Shown one piece after another: positions 23,464 to 36,370 of a DNA stretch of 60,000 bases. The stretch is taken from NCBI RefSeq assembly GCF_018977255.1, contig NW_024704743.1, forward strand, positions 28,894,001-28,954,000, in the 5' to 3' direction. The DNA is from Callorhinchus milii. Its lineage: Eukaryota. The notes beneath the pieces were generated by a model. That model searched no databases, was not told the DNA's origin, and saw nothing but the letters and a program-made list of their open reading frames with translations. Position 1 is the first letter of the stretch. Each line of letters starts with the position of its first letter. A program made the position numbers and the translations under genes.

Positions 23464-24442
23464 CTGAACAGTTGAGGGCTGGACCATGTGGCCTCGGAGG
23501 TCGTGTGTCATGAACAAATTACGATTTTTCAGGTTTGTCAGCAGAAAAAAGCTTGTGGTTTGGCAATCTGTTGCAGCAAAGAATTAGCCCAATTCTACTT
23601 CTTTAGGCCAATGGCTGCCAACATTGATACATGTAATGGATTCCTGGACCCATTATGAGTTGGGCCTATATAGAAGAAATGTCTTAGCCAAGTTAAAGTG
23701 TGGTATGACATTACACTACCTTCAGACTGACAATTTGAATAATTTCAGCACTTAATGTACTCTGTAGCTTTCAAGATGTTTATGTTTTCTATCATGCAGC
23801 AAAAATTACTTCCAGAAAAATATGGTTGGTACGTATTATAAAGCAGAATTAGGGAAAGCTACAACATTACAGAACATTTCTTAATCTAGAGCATTTGCCT
23901 GAATAAACTGAACATATTTGTAAATCGTGTCAGTGAGCTGCACCAGCTCTGTACTTTCAAACTTTAAAACAAAACCACATTGCATGTAATAATGTTTTTC
24001 ACGTTCTAAGATACTCCATCTTTTCCAGATGGTTCAACAGCAATCGCTATTTATTTTGCATTAGTAACAATAATGGTTACATTATACTTTTCAAAGAATA
24101 TCTAAAATAAAATATCTGGAATATTTGGAGGCAATTCTGTTATAATAATAAATCTGTAATTGCTTCCTGCAAGGAGGATTTTGGGTATATTTGTGTAATA
24201 ACTGTGGGAGTTGTTCCAGTAACAGTATCAAATAGGACCAGCAGGGGTCACTAAAGAACAGCTGTTTTATTACAGAACAGTTTATCTCAGCCACACATTC
24301 AGTTTCATACCTATCAGTCAGTTATGATGCGTCTTATTCTACAGTTGCGTGTTATTATAACCCTACCAGACTTTGACTCATAAGTCTCTTATATTAATGC
24401 TATCTTTATTTCTCTATTTCAATGCTATAACATTATTACAAC

Positions 24443-24501
24443 GCCTTGGGACGCCCTCCCGACGTGAAAGGCGCTCCATAAATGGAATCTTGTTGTTGTT
24501 G
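24443..24501 (+). mobile_element. 59-bp L2 3' stub with tacaac TSD
   Basis: tacaac at 24437-24442 and 24502-24507 flank gccttgggacgcc..gtgaaaggcgctccataaatggaatc(ttg)n. Confidence 0.82.
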
Positions 24502-26174
24502 TACAACACAAAATGCCAGTTTTAAAAGACCAATTTACAGTGAATATGAAAGATATTTAGGAATGATTTATTAATTCATCTGACTAGTCCTTCAACTTAT
24601 CTTAAAATATAAAACTTCTTGTGTCTTATCCTTTATCACTAATGCTAAAAGACTAAACGGCCACTTAAGTAATGGTTCAGATCTTGATAAATATTGCTCT
24701 TATAATGAAAGATAAGATGGTTAAGGGAATTCAGGATATATTTCTTCACGCAAAAGTCTGTGAGACTGTGGAATGCACTCTTCCAAAGGACTGCAGGCGC
24801 AGAATTAATAGAGATGTTTAAAAGAAAGAGGGATGGGTACTTGAAAATGAGGATATTAGAAGTAAAGAAACTTTGAGTTGAATTGGGGATAAAAGATAAA
24901 GAATTGCCATAGATGAATATATTTGAGTTCTGTAAACATATTTGAGTTCTATATTTATTTAAAAATAAACATAGAAAGGCATTTAGAAATTAAAATCACT
25001 ATCTTCTTAAACCTCAAAAAGTAATAGAACAAATATAATATGGGCCACCAGCGATTGAATACTCATGAGATAAGCTAATGTTTCAGTACTAGTTTACTGT
25101 CTGTATTATCAAATGTAAAATACATATTGAAACACAAAACAGTTTAAAACATATTGAATTCATCTAAGGTATATATTGATGGCAAATAAGCTATAAGTTC
25201 TATTCAAGGGAGGGAAAGTCAAGATATTTTAAATTCTGCACCATTTATTTGGCGAAACAATTGCAATTTTATAAAATTTTTAATTATGACTTCCATCCCA
25301 AAGCTTCTAATTTGTTAATTTGTGTTATTTATAAAATGACTAATTGAAATTTCTGAAGGTTGGCAAAGTCTGGAGAGCAGAATGGCCATTGGTATTTACC
25401 TCTCCAACACTTTTCCAGCTTCCGGGAATCATGATTAGGAATTCACAAACTGAAGATGCGATTAGCTCTTTGAATCCCTTTTAGCAAATATTGGAAATTG
25501 TCTCTTGTTGAACACTGTCATGTCAATAAAATAATTCAATTGAAGAATCATTTGGTTGGACCTTCCTTTGCTCGGTGCTGTTCCTCAAACTGGCTTAGAG
25601 TCTGACCTCTAAGAACATGCAGGAGGACGTTTGGAAACCCACACACGGTAATGACGGAAACAATTGCAGGCACCACTCTTATCCTTGCCTCTGGTGCAGT
25701 TGGAAACAATAAAAATACAGAAAATTTCAGTAACAGAAGGAGAACATTTTGCCCATCTTGTCTGTGCCACAGCAACCTCTATTATCACCCTTTGTTTCCA
25801 GAGCAGTGTCCTAACAACATTGATTCCACTGATACTGATTCCAACAATTTCCCCTGTATTTCACATAATTGCCTGACTGCCAGACACAGGGCTGCATTGA
25901 TTACTTTGAATATGATATGCATTAAGTCCTAAGTTAGCAGTGTACTAAATGAAATTTCTTGCTTCCAAGTTGGGATGAAACGAAAGTTAAACTGTTGAAT
26001 AATGTCCATGGGTTCATTTATTTATACACATTTCTGCTGTATCAGGGAATAATGAACACACAGCTTAGACACTGCAACAAGGGATTTCTTTTTTATTTTA
26101 AATGTTTTGCCCTCTGCTCCTAGCAACACTGATTCCACTGATACATCCTCCTGAATTTCACCTAATTCCCCAGG

Positions 26175-26430
26175 TAGTGAGTCTCTGCAGCCTATTTGTC
26201 TGTGATAGGCCTCATAATTGAGCCTGATCCTGACTTACCTCAATGTTCACATGCAATTTCTGGCCAGGATCAGGAATAGGAATTCTGGATGATTTCTCCC
26301 TCTCCCATCCCAGTAGAGCTGAATCCAATTGTTGCATCCCTACTGCTTCTCTGGCTGAGATCAGCTAACAGAATACACCAAGGATTGAACCTGAGACTTT
26401 CTAAGTCTATATAGTTCAGTTTCACACTGA
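26175..26430 (-). mobile_element. Ancient SINE-like repeat (family B)
   Basis: Reverse complement: caggttcaatccttgg (B-box-like)..gttagctgatctcagccagag..ctgggatgggagagggag. Confidence 0.6.
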
Positions 26431-26636
26431 ACTTGGCAATTGTTGGGGTGCGCTCAACAGGTATTTCATAGAAAAAATAAATAAATGACTGATCAGATCC
26501 CAGGGCCTCATATACAATAATTTTTCAATGACACTGTGAACAGAAATTTAGTCTTGTTGCTGTACTGCTTTTGATGTGATGGAATCGTCGATATTGGACA
26601 GGGTAGCTGGAATGTCACCGAATGGCATTTCCCTTG

Positions 26637-26698
26637 TCACATAAATGGGTATTTCCCTGGCTCCACCTTTCGCCATTCCTCTGTGTCTGCTTCTATCA
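26637..26698 (-). pseudogene. Candidate terminal coding exon of unrecognised degenerate gene
   Basis: Acceptor ttttaatctccctacaag|; phase 1; (L)IEADTEEWRKVEPGKYPFM*. Confidence 0.4.
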
Positions 26699-27382
26699 CT
26701 TGTAGGGAGATTAAAACACACAGTGCAATTTCATCACTGATTAATCACAGCTCCACAATCATGAGTCAATCACACAGGGATTGCTATTTTTAGTGATTCT
26801 ATTATAAACACATAACAAAAGAGCTCTATTTTTAACAACTGTCGCATTATCCATCTCTGTGTCAGTCAACTGACACAGTAATAAAATCAAATCCTGCTTG
26901 CCTTAATCTCAGCAGTCACCTAAAAAATAGATAAATAATAACTTTTAAAGAAGAAATGTTGCAATATTACAAAGCTATTTCTTCCAGAAAATGTGCATTG
27001 TGGTTGATGTTTTTTCCCTGAGGCATGTTTTCTATATGAAGGCCTGTGTGGCTGGCTGTAGGCAACCTGCAACTCTTCAACTGAAGGGCAGGGGGTTCAG
27101 GGGAATGAAAAGCTTTGTAGTAATAGATGTCACAAGAATGTCCTATTTTAAACATGTAACTTTTCACGGCTGGCAAATTATGACTAATGCACAATATCAA
27201 TTTTACTTCCTTGACAATTGTGGTAACTCCTGATTAACCTCCGAATGCCTGGAGCCTGGGTGTGACATGTTAATTTACACGATTACCCAGTTGTTGTGAC
27301 AGATCATTTACACGTGATTTTAATGAAACTCTTTATGAATATAAAATGACAGTCTGATTGCTACATGTTTGGAGTCTCTTAC

Positions 27383-27568
27383 AACCTGAACTTTCAAAAG
27401 GCAAAATAAGGGACCAAAAAGTGCTCGAACGGTAATATCGCTGGGTTGTTGGTACCTTGTGCCAGAAGAGGGCCTGTTGACATGATGTGGTTTTTGCAGG
27501 GTGTCCTCTCTTCTGTAAGTCATACTGACTCACAATACCAGGGCTCTGCGTGAAGTACAGGAAATTCC
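27383..27568 (-). pseudogene. Candidate coding exon, 186 nt, phase 1-1, fully open
   Basis: Acceptor tttttctttag|, donor |gtaaga; GNFLYFTQSPGIVSQYDLQKRGHPAKTTSCQQALFWHKVPTTQRYYRSSTFWSLILPFESSG. Confidence 0.6.
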
Positions 27569-28558
27569 CTAAAGAAAAAGCAGTTTATATCTATGGTCTC
27601 TTTTTCTCCAGCATTTGTGTGTGTGTGTGCGTGTGGCATGGCGGGTCCACCATGTAAGAGCTTTTTCAATCCCAGTGTTGGGCAAAACTGTTTCAGCTTG
27701 AGCAGCTGCTGATACTGGCTCAGTGGCACACTGAAGCGAATGTCTTTCTAAATATAGTCACAGTATCTTTTTGTATTATGTTTGATGCAAAAAAAACTTT
27801 CAGTCATCTATGGTCTCAGTTTAAGTCTGTCCATCTCTGCTGGATTCAAACAGCAGGGAGAATGTATCTTTTACTTGTTTTGGACTGCAGCTTGTTTTTT
27901 TTTCTCTTTCAAAGTCTGGGTTCCTTCTTGTAACAGTTTCCAAAACAATCCATCCCCCCTCCACACACACACACCCCCCATGGTGTAAATCTCCTCCTCC
28001 AGATAAGGTGATTTGACAGTCTGGTTAAAAAGATGCAGGGTTGGTTTCACCAGCTTCAAAGAAACATAGGTGTGGAATTTTTACATCTAACATAAATAAA
28101 CATTTAATGTGCTGCGAGGATAATTTGTTACGCATAGGAACGTATAGTAAGGAGCTCCGAATCCTTGTATCAATGCCAAATTGGGGAGCAACAACTGAGC
28201 ATTTCCACTCCCTGCTGCTTGACCCCTGTTCCCTGTCAAGCAGATGTTGAAAGGGACAGATGTTGTCGTCTCATTAGCATGTGCGTTTAACCTGACCTGA
28301 CCACAGAGGCTGATGGTCTGGGAACATTCATCTGAAGGTGCGCTAATATGTTACGAAGTAACATTTTAGCCCATAAACTCAAATTTAAAAATACCCAGAA
28401 ATAGATTCAAGTGCAGAAAACCTGATGGTAATGAATTATTTTAGTTTTTTTGCTTAAAGGATCAGTTAGTAAAAATGGCGAAAAATAGCATTTGACAAAC
28501 TTTTTTGCTGGTTGGGGAGGGAGAAGATCCAGATATGTGTTACTTTTGTCACAAAGAA

Positions 28559-29900
28559 AACAACAACAACAACTTGGATTTATATAGCGCCCTCCACGCC
28601 GGACGGCGTCTTAGAGTGCTTTACAGTAATGGATCCCGGCGCCAAGCCAGGGGGAGAGGGAGGAAGGTGACCAAAGGCGCAGTCAAAGAGAAAGGTCTTC
28701 AGCAGAGACCTGAAAGTAGGAAGAGAGGGAGCGAGACGAAGGGAGGGAGGAAAGAAGTTCCAGAGCCTCGGGGCATAGTGGCTGAAGGCACGGCCGCCGA
28801 GAGTGGAGCGGAGAACTTGGGGGACAAAGAGGGGGCCAGACCCGAAGGAACGAAGGCAATGGGTACTGTTTTGAGGAGAGAGGAGGTCAGAGAGGTAGGG
28901 GGGTGCAGAGGAGTGGAGGTATTTGAATACAAGGGTGAGGATCTTGAAGTTGATCGGGGAGCAGAGTTGGTGCGGGTGAGAATGCGGGCGGCAGAGTTTT
29001 GGATGAATTGGATTTTATGGATGGTAGTGGATGGGAGACCCGCGAGGGGGCCGTTAGAATAGTCCAGCCGGGTGGTGACAAAGCATGGACCAGGGTTTCA
29101 GCGGCTTTTGGAGCGAGGTATTGGCAGAGGTGGGCGATGCATCGGAGGTGGAAGAAAGCGGTGCTGGTGAAGGACTGGATGTGGGGGAGGAAGGATAATT
29201 GGGGGTTGAACCTGACACCTAGATTGCATATGGGTTTGGAGAGTTTTAGGGAGAGGTCGGGTAGGTGGAGGAGGTGAGAGCCATGAGATTTCAGACGTTG
29301 ACAAGAGCCAAAGAGTATGGCTTCTGTCTTGTCAACGTTCAGCTAAAGGAAGTTTGTGCTCATCCAGCCCCTGAGATCTGATAGGCAGACTGACAGAACA
29401 TCAAGGACTGGGGGTCGCATAGAAAGGTGGAAAAATAGAGTTGGGTGTCGTCCGCGTAAATGTGGAAATGTACCCCATGTCTGCAGATAACGTCCCCAAG
29501 AAGGAGCATATAGATCAGAAAGAGGAGGGGACCAAGGATGGATCCTTGGGGTATCCCACAGGTAACTGGGTGAGAGCGGGAGGAGAAGCCGTTTAAGCAG
29601 ATGTACTGCTGGCGGTTTGTGAAGAAGGACTCGAACCAGGCGAGTGCAGTCCCACTGAGGTGGATGATGGAGGAAAGGTGGTGAAGGAGGATGGCATGAT
29701 CGACTGTGTCGAACACGGCGGAGAGGTCCAGCAGGACAAAGAGGCAAAGGGAGCCCTGGTCACAGATAGAGAGGATGTTGTTGGTGACTTTCACAAGAGC
29801 AGTCTCTGTACTGCGGGCAGGGTGGAAACCGGACTGGAGGGGTTCGAAGAGGGAGTGGGAGGAGAGGTGTGTGCGAAGCTGATTGGCAACAACGCGTTCT
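28559..29900 (-). mobile_element. L2 LINE, 5'-truncated, with reverse-transcriptase core
   Basis: Encodes KVTNNIL..VLLDLSAVFDTVDHAILL..GIPQGSILGPLLFLIYM..FHIYADDTQLY; frameshifted; (ttg)n tail. Confidence 0.95.
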
Positions 29901-30021
29901 AGGCATCAATCATATGCAATGGGCACAATGATGTGCTTTGATGAATTTTACATAGTCCTGTTGCTCCTGTCACTTTGTCGCAAAGGAAATTACATATGGC
30001 TCCTCTGACTCGGTTTATGAC

Positions 30022-30430
30022 AATAATAATCCCTGCATATAATACAGCACCTTTCACATTAAGAGAACGTTTCAAAGAATTTGCTGTAAAGTGGGGTGAC
30101 TGTGTATTTTGTAGGTGAACGGGGCAACCCGTTTGCGCATAGCAATAGTCATGAAGTGAATAAACAATTTTATCTGTGAGACTATTAGTCAGAACACCAG
30201 GAGAAATCCCCTTCTCTTTTTGAATAGTTCCATAGGATCTTTAACATTCACCTGAACAGGCAGATGGGACCTCGGTTTAACATCTCATCTGAATGACTGC
30301 ACCTGTGGAAATTCTGCCAACTCCTGGCACTACATTGGGCAGCCGAGACTATGTGAATTCAAAGTCCTGACATGGGTTGTGAACTTACAACCTTTTAACT
30401 CGGAGGCGAGAGTGGAAACCGGCTGACACC
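30022..30430 (-). mobile_element. SacSINE1-like DeuSINE
   Basis: Reverse complement: ctctcgcctccgagttaaaaggttgtaagttcaca..gatgagatgttaaaccgaggtccc..tctcctggtgttctg..L2 tail. Confidence 0.78.
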
Positions 30431-30478
30431 CTCCCCTTACTCCCTACAGAAAAGATGAGGGTTCACCCAACCCTTTAC

Positions 30479-30737
30479 CTTGAGCTAAATGACTGTTTGG
30501 GGTGGGGAGGGGGCGCAGGACTTCATTCTTTCTCTCGGAACAATGCAGCAGCAGATTATATTGTCCTGATATCTGCTATCCACTTGGTGAATACTCTCCG
30601 GATCGAAAGAAGCAGGATACATCCCTCCACTGAGATAAAGTCGTTCGATGTGAAGATGGCATACACTTGTGGAACTCTGCCTGGTTTGGTTTGGATACTT
30701 TCAAGCATGTTGATGGGTTTCCGCATGTATCAGACAC
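30479..30737 (-). pseudogene. Candidate coding exon, 259 nt, phase 0-1, one in-frame TAG (30576-30578)
   Basis: Acceptor tactttctgtgagccag|, donor AAG|gtaaag; VSDTCGNPSTCLKVSKPNQAEFHKCMPSSHRTTLSQWRDVSCFFRSGEYSPSG*QISGQYNLLLHCSERKNEVLRPLPTPNSHLAQ. Confidence 0.55.
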
Positions 30738-30849
30738 CTGGCTCACAGAAAGTAAAATTGTTAGATAAAATGTTTGTTCTCACATAGAACTTGTCTTGAA
30801 ATCACATCTAACAGTGATTCTAATGACATCAGGATCCTCACACTACTGT

Positions 30850-31052
30850 TCAAATCCCTTCATTCTCTGGTACCTCCCTAGCTCTCCGACCTCCTCGCTC
30901 CCCAATCCACTACTGGGCACCTCCGCCCGACTGGCACCGGCCTCCTGCTCGTCACTCATACACTCTGCTCCACCATCGAAGGTCGCGCTTTCAGTCACTT
31001 TGCCCCGAAACTCTGGAACACTCTCCTGCGTGGAGTGCAAGTTGTTGTTGTT
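30850..31052 (+). mobile_element. L2 3' fragment
   Basis: ccccgaaactctggaac..tgcaag(ttg)n. Confidence 0.8.
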
Positions 31053-31675
31053 AACAACTTACAAACTTGAATCTCCCGTGTTCATCAACTAGCTTTAATT
31101 TTATCCTGGAAGGTGTGCAAAACCTCACTGCTTGTCTCTCTTTGAAGTATTCTTGGTATCTAGTTGAGCTACAAACATTTCCTGTGTTAAGGTATTATTT
31201 GTGGATTTCCTGTTAATACTTAACCCGATGTATCCGATTAAACAATACCTCATCAGTCTGGGACTGGTCCTCTGAGACATATGTAAGTAATTAACGCACA
31301 AGAATACAATGACACAGGAATAAGATAATGTTTCGCCTACAAAATATACAATCAATTCACTTTACGGTATATTCTATGAAGCGCTTTCAGATGTCGAGGA
31401 GACGTGATAAGGCACCATATCAAATCCAAAGATTATTATTTAATATTGACATGGAACATGGTAAACTTTCAAACACCTCAATCAGACGTGTGCTGCGTCA
31501 ACAATAATTCTGAATCTGTCACTGCCCCTTTCATAGAAGAGGAAGTTTCAGTTTTAAAATATCAGGCTGCACGTTACCAATCTCCTCTCACTGGCTTTGA
31601 GACCACAGTATGCTGTTGAGCTGATGTTGATCTGTAGCATTTCTTTTTTCTGATTTGACTACCTGGTCCTCTCAC

Positions 31676-31876
31676 CTGTTAGATCATCATTGCCATCTCC
31701 CACTGGACCACTTTGGAAGCAGACACACTTCCTGACTCAGACCACCAGCTGGCAGATAGGATATTTTTTGGAGTTATATTAAAACAATAATTAAATCTTT
31801 CCTTTGCTGCAATGCCTTCAGGCACATAAGACATCCAGTCCCTGACATTCATTGTGCTGGGAGATGCAACCTTGCT
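31676..31876 (-). pseudogene. Candidate coding exon, 201 nt, phase 0-0, in-frame TAA at 31679-31681
   Basis: Acceptor gttttactcatccag|, donor CAG|gtgaga; SKVASPSTMNVRDWMSYVPEGIAAKERFNYCFNITPKNILSASWWSESGSVSASKVVQWEMAMMI*Q. Confidence 0.55.
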
Positions 31877-32137
31877 CTGGATGAGTAAAACAGCAGAATG
31901 AATGTTCAATGAGAAATTATTTTGTCAAGCATTTTTTAAAACATTTTGCCCATATGAGTTACCAGGGTTCAGTTCAATTTGAATTAATACAAACTGGCGT
32001 AGTTCATCTGACTTGTAATTCAGAGGCTGGTCTGTCTCTCACGGCTCGGTTTAGAGTTTCCTGATAAGTAGGCTCATGGCCTATTTGTGGCCCCAAATCT
32101 GACTTCAACTGAATCATAAAGTGACTCATCAGCTAAC

Positions 32138-32398
32138 CCACTGGGTAGAAGAAACTGAACCATTACTCCTGGGAGTAAAGCCCCCGTTCATCTCAGAAAT
32201 CAACCACTAAGAAGTTTGTGCTGGTCTCCCCTGACCTCTCTGCTCTTTGTTGCGGGAACAAACAAGCAGTATTGCAAGCAGGAAGTAATGCCCTTTTCAG
32301 GAAATTTTTTTGCTCTGCTTGTAGAGCCTTGATTCCCAAAGCAGGCATTAACTTAGAATCAGATTTTCCTCTCCTAACAAGAGTAAGTTTTGTGGTTT
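32138..32398 (-). pseudogene. Candidate coding exon with TGA (32193-32195) and a probable 1-nt frameshift
   Basis: Acceptor ctcccttcactgcaag|; about 68 open codons ETTKLTLVRR..TNFLVVDF*DERG; weak donor |gttagc. One G must be removed from the GGGGG run to join the next exon. Confidence 0.4.
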
Positions 32399-32499
32399 CT
32401 TGCAGTGAAGGGAGATAATTCTTCCTCTCTCCCAAACAGGACCCAATCTAACCCCCTGGAGTAGTGAAGCTTCTTCAAGCCAGTCATTGCTTTGTACTC

Positions 32500-32865
32500 T
32501 TTTCTCTCTCACATGAGGTCCCTGACCAAGACCGCTTTATTCACCTCCACCATACCACTATTCACCCCTCACACCAAATACCATCAAAACTCTTATTCAC
32601 GCCTTTGTTACCTGCCACCGGGAATTTTTAAATGCACTCCTCACTGGTCTTCCTACCTCCACAATCTATAAGCAACAAGTTATCCCAAACTCCGCCGCCC
32701 AGATCCTCATTTACACCAAACTGTGGGTATCCATCAACCCAATAATACATTTATGGTCACCTCCCTTTCTCCCTTCCTTGCTTGGCCCAACCCGTTCCTT
32801 ATAAAGTGTTCTGAGACAATATCCTACCTATTTGAAGGACACAATATAAATACAAATTGTTGTAC
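32500..32865 (+). mobile_element. L2 3' fragment
   Basis: KTAFIHLHH..LIHAFVT..LLTGLP-like coding remnants and tail. Confidence 0.75.
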
Positions 32866-34159
32866 TGTTATAAAATTTCACCCACAAAAAATACAAAATC
32901 ACTGAACTTTACAATGTTTCTTGTGATGCACTTTAGTTCGTCCTCCAGAGTTGAAAGGAGCTATAACAAATGTAAGGATTATTATTCTTGAATAATACAA
33001 TTTACATACTATCCTGGATTAGATATGAAGAATGAACATTTGGGGTCTACCAGACGGAGGTCAAGCTTGCAGTATTATTTCAACTGTCTTCAGGTGAAAA
33101 CAGATAAGAGGAGAAAATCACATGGAAAATTGGACAATTGTAAATAAAAGCCTTAACTTGGCGGGTAAGCCTAGAGTCAGTTGTTATATCCCACTGATAA
33201 ACCTACAGGGCTTTGTAGTGGTTAGGAACTAAACCCTTCATAAATTTATCTTATATAAGCCTACTAGCGAAAAGGACAGTTGGTCTGAAGCGAACTCAAA
33301 TGTTAATACTCAGTTGCTTAGAAAAAGATGTCCAAACTATCATAAGCGCAAGGCATAACTGGTCCCTTCAAATGATTTCTACTTTGTAACACGCCAACTA
33401 CTCCTGACGCATTGCGGTTGCTGGATCTAGTAGGTACAAGAGCTACAGTCTCAGTGTATCGTGCGGTCATGCTTGGTGACTGTAAGTGATGGTTTACACT
33501 GAATGGTTGAATTCAGAGCTGGGAAAACTAGGATAACTACTGATCCAATTATCATAATCTTTGTTCCAGATGTGCATTGCAGAAAACGTGCCCCAGCATT
33601 CAAAATGAAATGCCTAAAACAATTATTATTCATTTTGACTGAGACATGATAATCAGGAAATTAGCTGCGTTAATCATTTCACAATATTGCTAAATAGCCT
33701 TCCAGTGATAATGTGTCAGGTGCTGAATAAGATGCTTGGCTGCCTGTCAAAAAGATTGTCATCAACCATTTGCAGCCTGTGGTGCAAAGGAGAGATCTCA
33801 TTAGCTGTATGTTGGGGCTGCTTCCAACTGTTTTGTCTGAAGCAAGAAATGCATGTGTGTGGGTGTGTGTGTTGGGGCTGGGGGGGGTGGAATGAGGAGA
33901 ATAATCCTCCTACCACCACGTGTAGCATCTTGGGCGATATGTGCTCATATCACATAAGAAAGTGAATGTTGTCTATTGTATTTCCAAAACCGGTTGCATG
34001 GGGATCTGATTGCACATTTCTCGCGTTCTTTTATAGGAAGGGAACCTCGTCTGGCTGGGTGGGTGGAAATAACCATGGTTATCAAGATCAAAGCAATGCT
34101 CTTATTATTTGATAGAGCCAGAAAACGACTTACTGTTTCAATGTTAAAATACAGAAATA

Positions 34160-34461
34160 TGTAGCTCAGTTGTTAGACCACTCGCTTTGCAAGCGAGAGA
34201 CTTGAGTTCAATTCCAGGCAGGGCGAAACCTTGGGCAAGTTTCCTTACTCCACACGCCTAATAATAATCCCTCCAAAACCAAAAACAATAATAAATTGGT
34301 CATTTTCAATCTATGACTGTTTGTGGGACATTGCTGTGCGCAATTGGCTGCCGCTTTCGCCCACAAATATACAGTCAATTCACTTTACAGTGTGTTCTGT
34401 GAAGCGCTTTGGGACGTCCTCCCGACGTGAAAAGCGCTATATCAAAAATGCAAGGATTATA
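34160..34461 (+). mobile_element. Young tRNA-Ala(TGC)/Deu/L2 SINE (short subfamily)
   Basis: Near-identical to the 48407 and 59559 copies; anticodon arm CTCGC-TTTGCAA-GCGAG, B box GAGTTCAATTCC. Confidence 0.93.
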
Positions 34462-35629
34462 AACTATTTAAGCATCAATCAACGTTAATTTAAAAGGAGA
34501 GTGGGAATCTCTCAAGCTGCAAATGGAGAGACCAAGCTGGTGGGAAGGCAATATGGTGTCAGATTAATATAACATACTACAAAATTACATTTGTATAGCA
34601 CCTTTCACATTGGGAGGACGTGCCATTGGTGCTGCTTTTCAACTGACAAGTAGGAGGTACGCAGCAGTAGCTTGGGGTGAGTCACCCTGACATTTTCCTC
34701 TTAGTCACTGGGAAGCACCATATACTTCGTGCCACTCTTGATGTTCGAGCAGAGGCTACAACGCATAGTTGTGCATCAAGAGGAGGTCTGTTTACAAAGA
34801 AATGATCATTGCGCTTAACCAAAAATAGAGGAATGGAGTTAGAATGGATTATACGCAAGGTATTTGAGAATATTGTTTACAGGATGTGCACAAGGCATTG
34901 TCGTGACACAGAAATCTGTTGCCTCAATTCTGTACTGTGGTATGGATAAATACCAGCAAGAGATAAGGCTGGTTTGTGGTCAATCCTGTTTTAACAGGAA
35001 AAAACAATTGAATCTAAGGTTAGGTGGCCCAGAATTGTAGGAGGAATTCTATGGTTAAAAAACTTTAAAAAGCAGTTGTGGAATGAGCCCAAGGCAATAT
35101 TTCAGGGATTGGTTTCAACTCCTTTGAAGAAGGTACGGTATTATGTTACAATTAGTTCTACATACAATAAGATAAAATGAGCAGAATGTATATCTCCTTT
35201 TTTTAAGCAGTTCCATGTAACATGGAAAATTGGCTCTGTACAGTATAAATTTAAAAATTCCTTTCAACAAGTAAAAGGAATGCGCTAGTTAACAACTGTT
35301 TTATGATCTTTGTCAAACCTACTTCTGTGTGTTGCAGGTAGGAATTTCCCCTGTGAATAATTATTGTTTAAAAATAAGTTTTGACCTTGGGACAAATTCT
35401 TGAATGTATATATCCGGACTATGAGATTCCAACACCCACTGGGACGACTTGAATCAAACCCACAGTTGATGTTGCTTTGTTTCACTGGCAGATATTTAAC
35501 AATCTGGCAAGATTTGCAACCACAAAAATACAGTCCTTGCAAAAAACAATTTTGGACAAAATGGAAGAAATTTTAATAGGGTTTTTAATGGGATTGCATT
35601 GTTTGCCATGTGCAGCCTTATGTGCGTTT

Positions 35630-35868
35630 TCATGCAACGATTTGTTCGAATCTAGAACACATTGCCTGAAAGGGTGGTCGAGGCTGATTCGATAACTACT
35701 TTTAAAAACACGGTGGACGGGTATTTGAGGAGGATGGGTTTGCAGGGTTATGGGGAAAGGGCTGGGGAGTGGGATTGACATTACATTGCTCTATTCAAAG
35801 AACCGGCACAAACTCAATGGGCCGAATGGCCTCTTTCTGTGCTGTACGATTCTATGATTCTATGATTT
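35630..35868 (+). mobile_element. CR1 3' end
   Basis: gatggg-type 3' UTR ..atgggccgaatggcctctttctgtgctgtacg(attctatg)n. Confidence 0.85.
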
Positions 35869-35999
35869 TTTATTCTGATGATGGCTGAAATTGTCTTATG
35901 TTTGCAATACTCCAGGTGCAATCTGACGTGAGCATGTAGAACTTGAGCATGACTGCTGGCAATGTGAACTCAACTGCAAGTGTAGCCCAGAATCCAGTT

Positions 36000-36370
36000 T
36001 GCCTATAACTTTCTCCAGTTGAATGCTGACAAGACAGGGACACCTCTGCTTAACTCCCATCAGCGTCCTCTCACCTCAGGTGCTTACAGTATCACTACAA
36101 ATAAATACACACTCTACCACACGGAGCAAGTGTGGAACTGTGGTGTCTTGGTCAACTCTCAACTATCCTTTCTACCCCACATTTGTGCCATGACCCACTC
36201 TGCCTTCTCCCACCTCTGCAACCTTGCTCGGCTCCGCCACTGTCTCACAGCACAGTAACCCCCAAAACCCTCATACAAACTTTTATTACATTGAAACTCT
36301 GACTGTCCAGTGCCTTGCAACGTCCTCCCGATGTGAGAGGCGCTATACAAATGTAATTTTTTTGTTGTTT
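36000..36370 (+). mobile_element. L2 fragment with internal deletion
   Basis: Encodes SFLPHICAMTHSAFSHLCNLARLRHCLT, joined to the L2 tail. Confidence 0.8.

Noticed and set aside
28559..29900. Active reverse-transcriptase gene
   Set aside because: 5'-truncated, frameshifted L2 with no endonuclease domain or ORF1.
30455..30787. 110-aa plus-strand ORF
   Set aside because: It is the antisense shadow of the minus-strand exon candidate; the splice signals support the minus strand.
33150..33480. Group I intron-like core
   Set aside because: Only a vague P-like word is present; I found no convincing Q/R/S elements or P7 pairing, and the context is implausible.
34231..34488. Repeated ORF MGKFPYSTRLIIIPPKPKTIINW.. 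(also at 48490 and 59640)
   Set aside because: It is a translation of the same young SINE with a non-ATG start, not a gene family.
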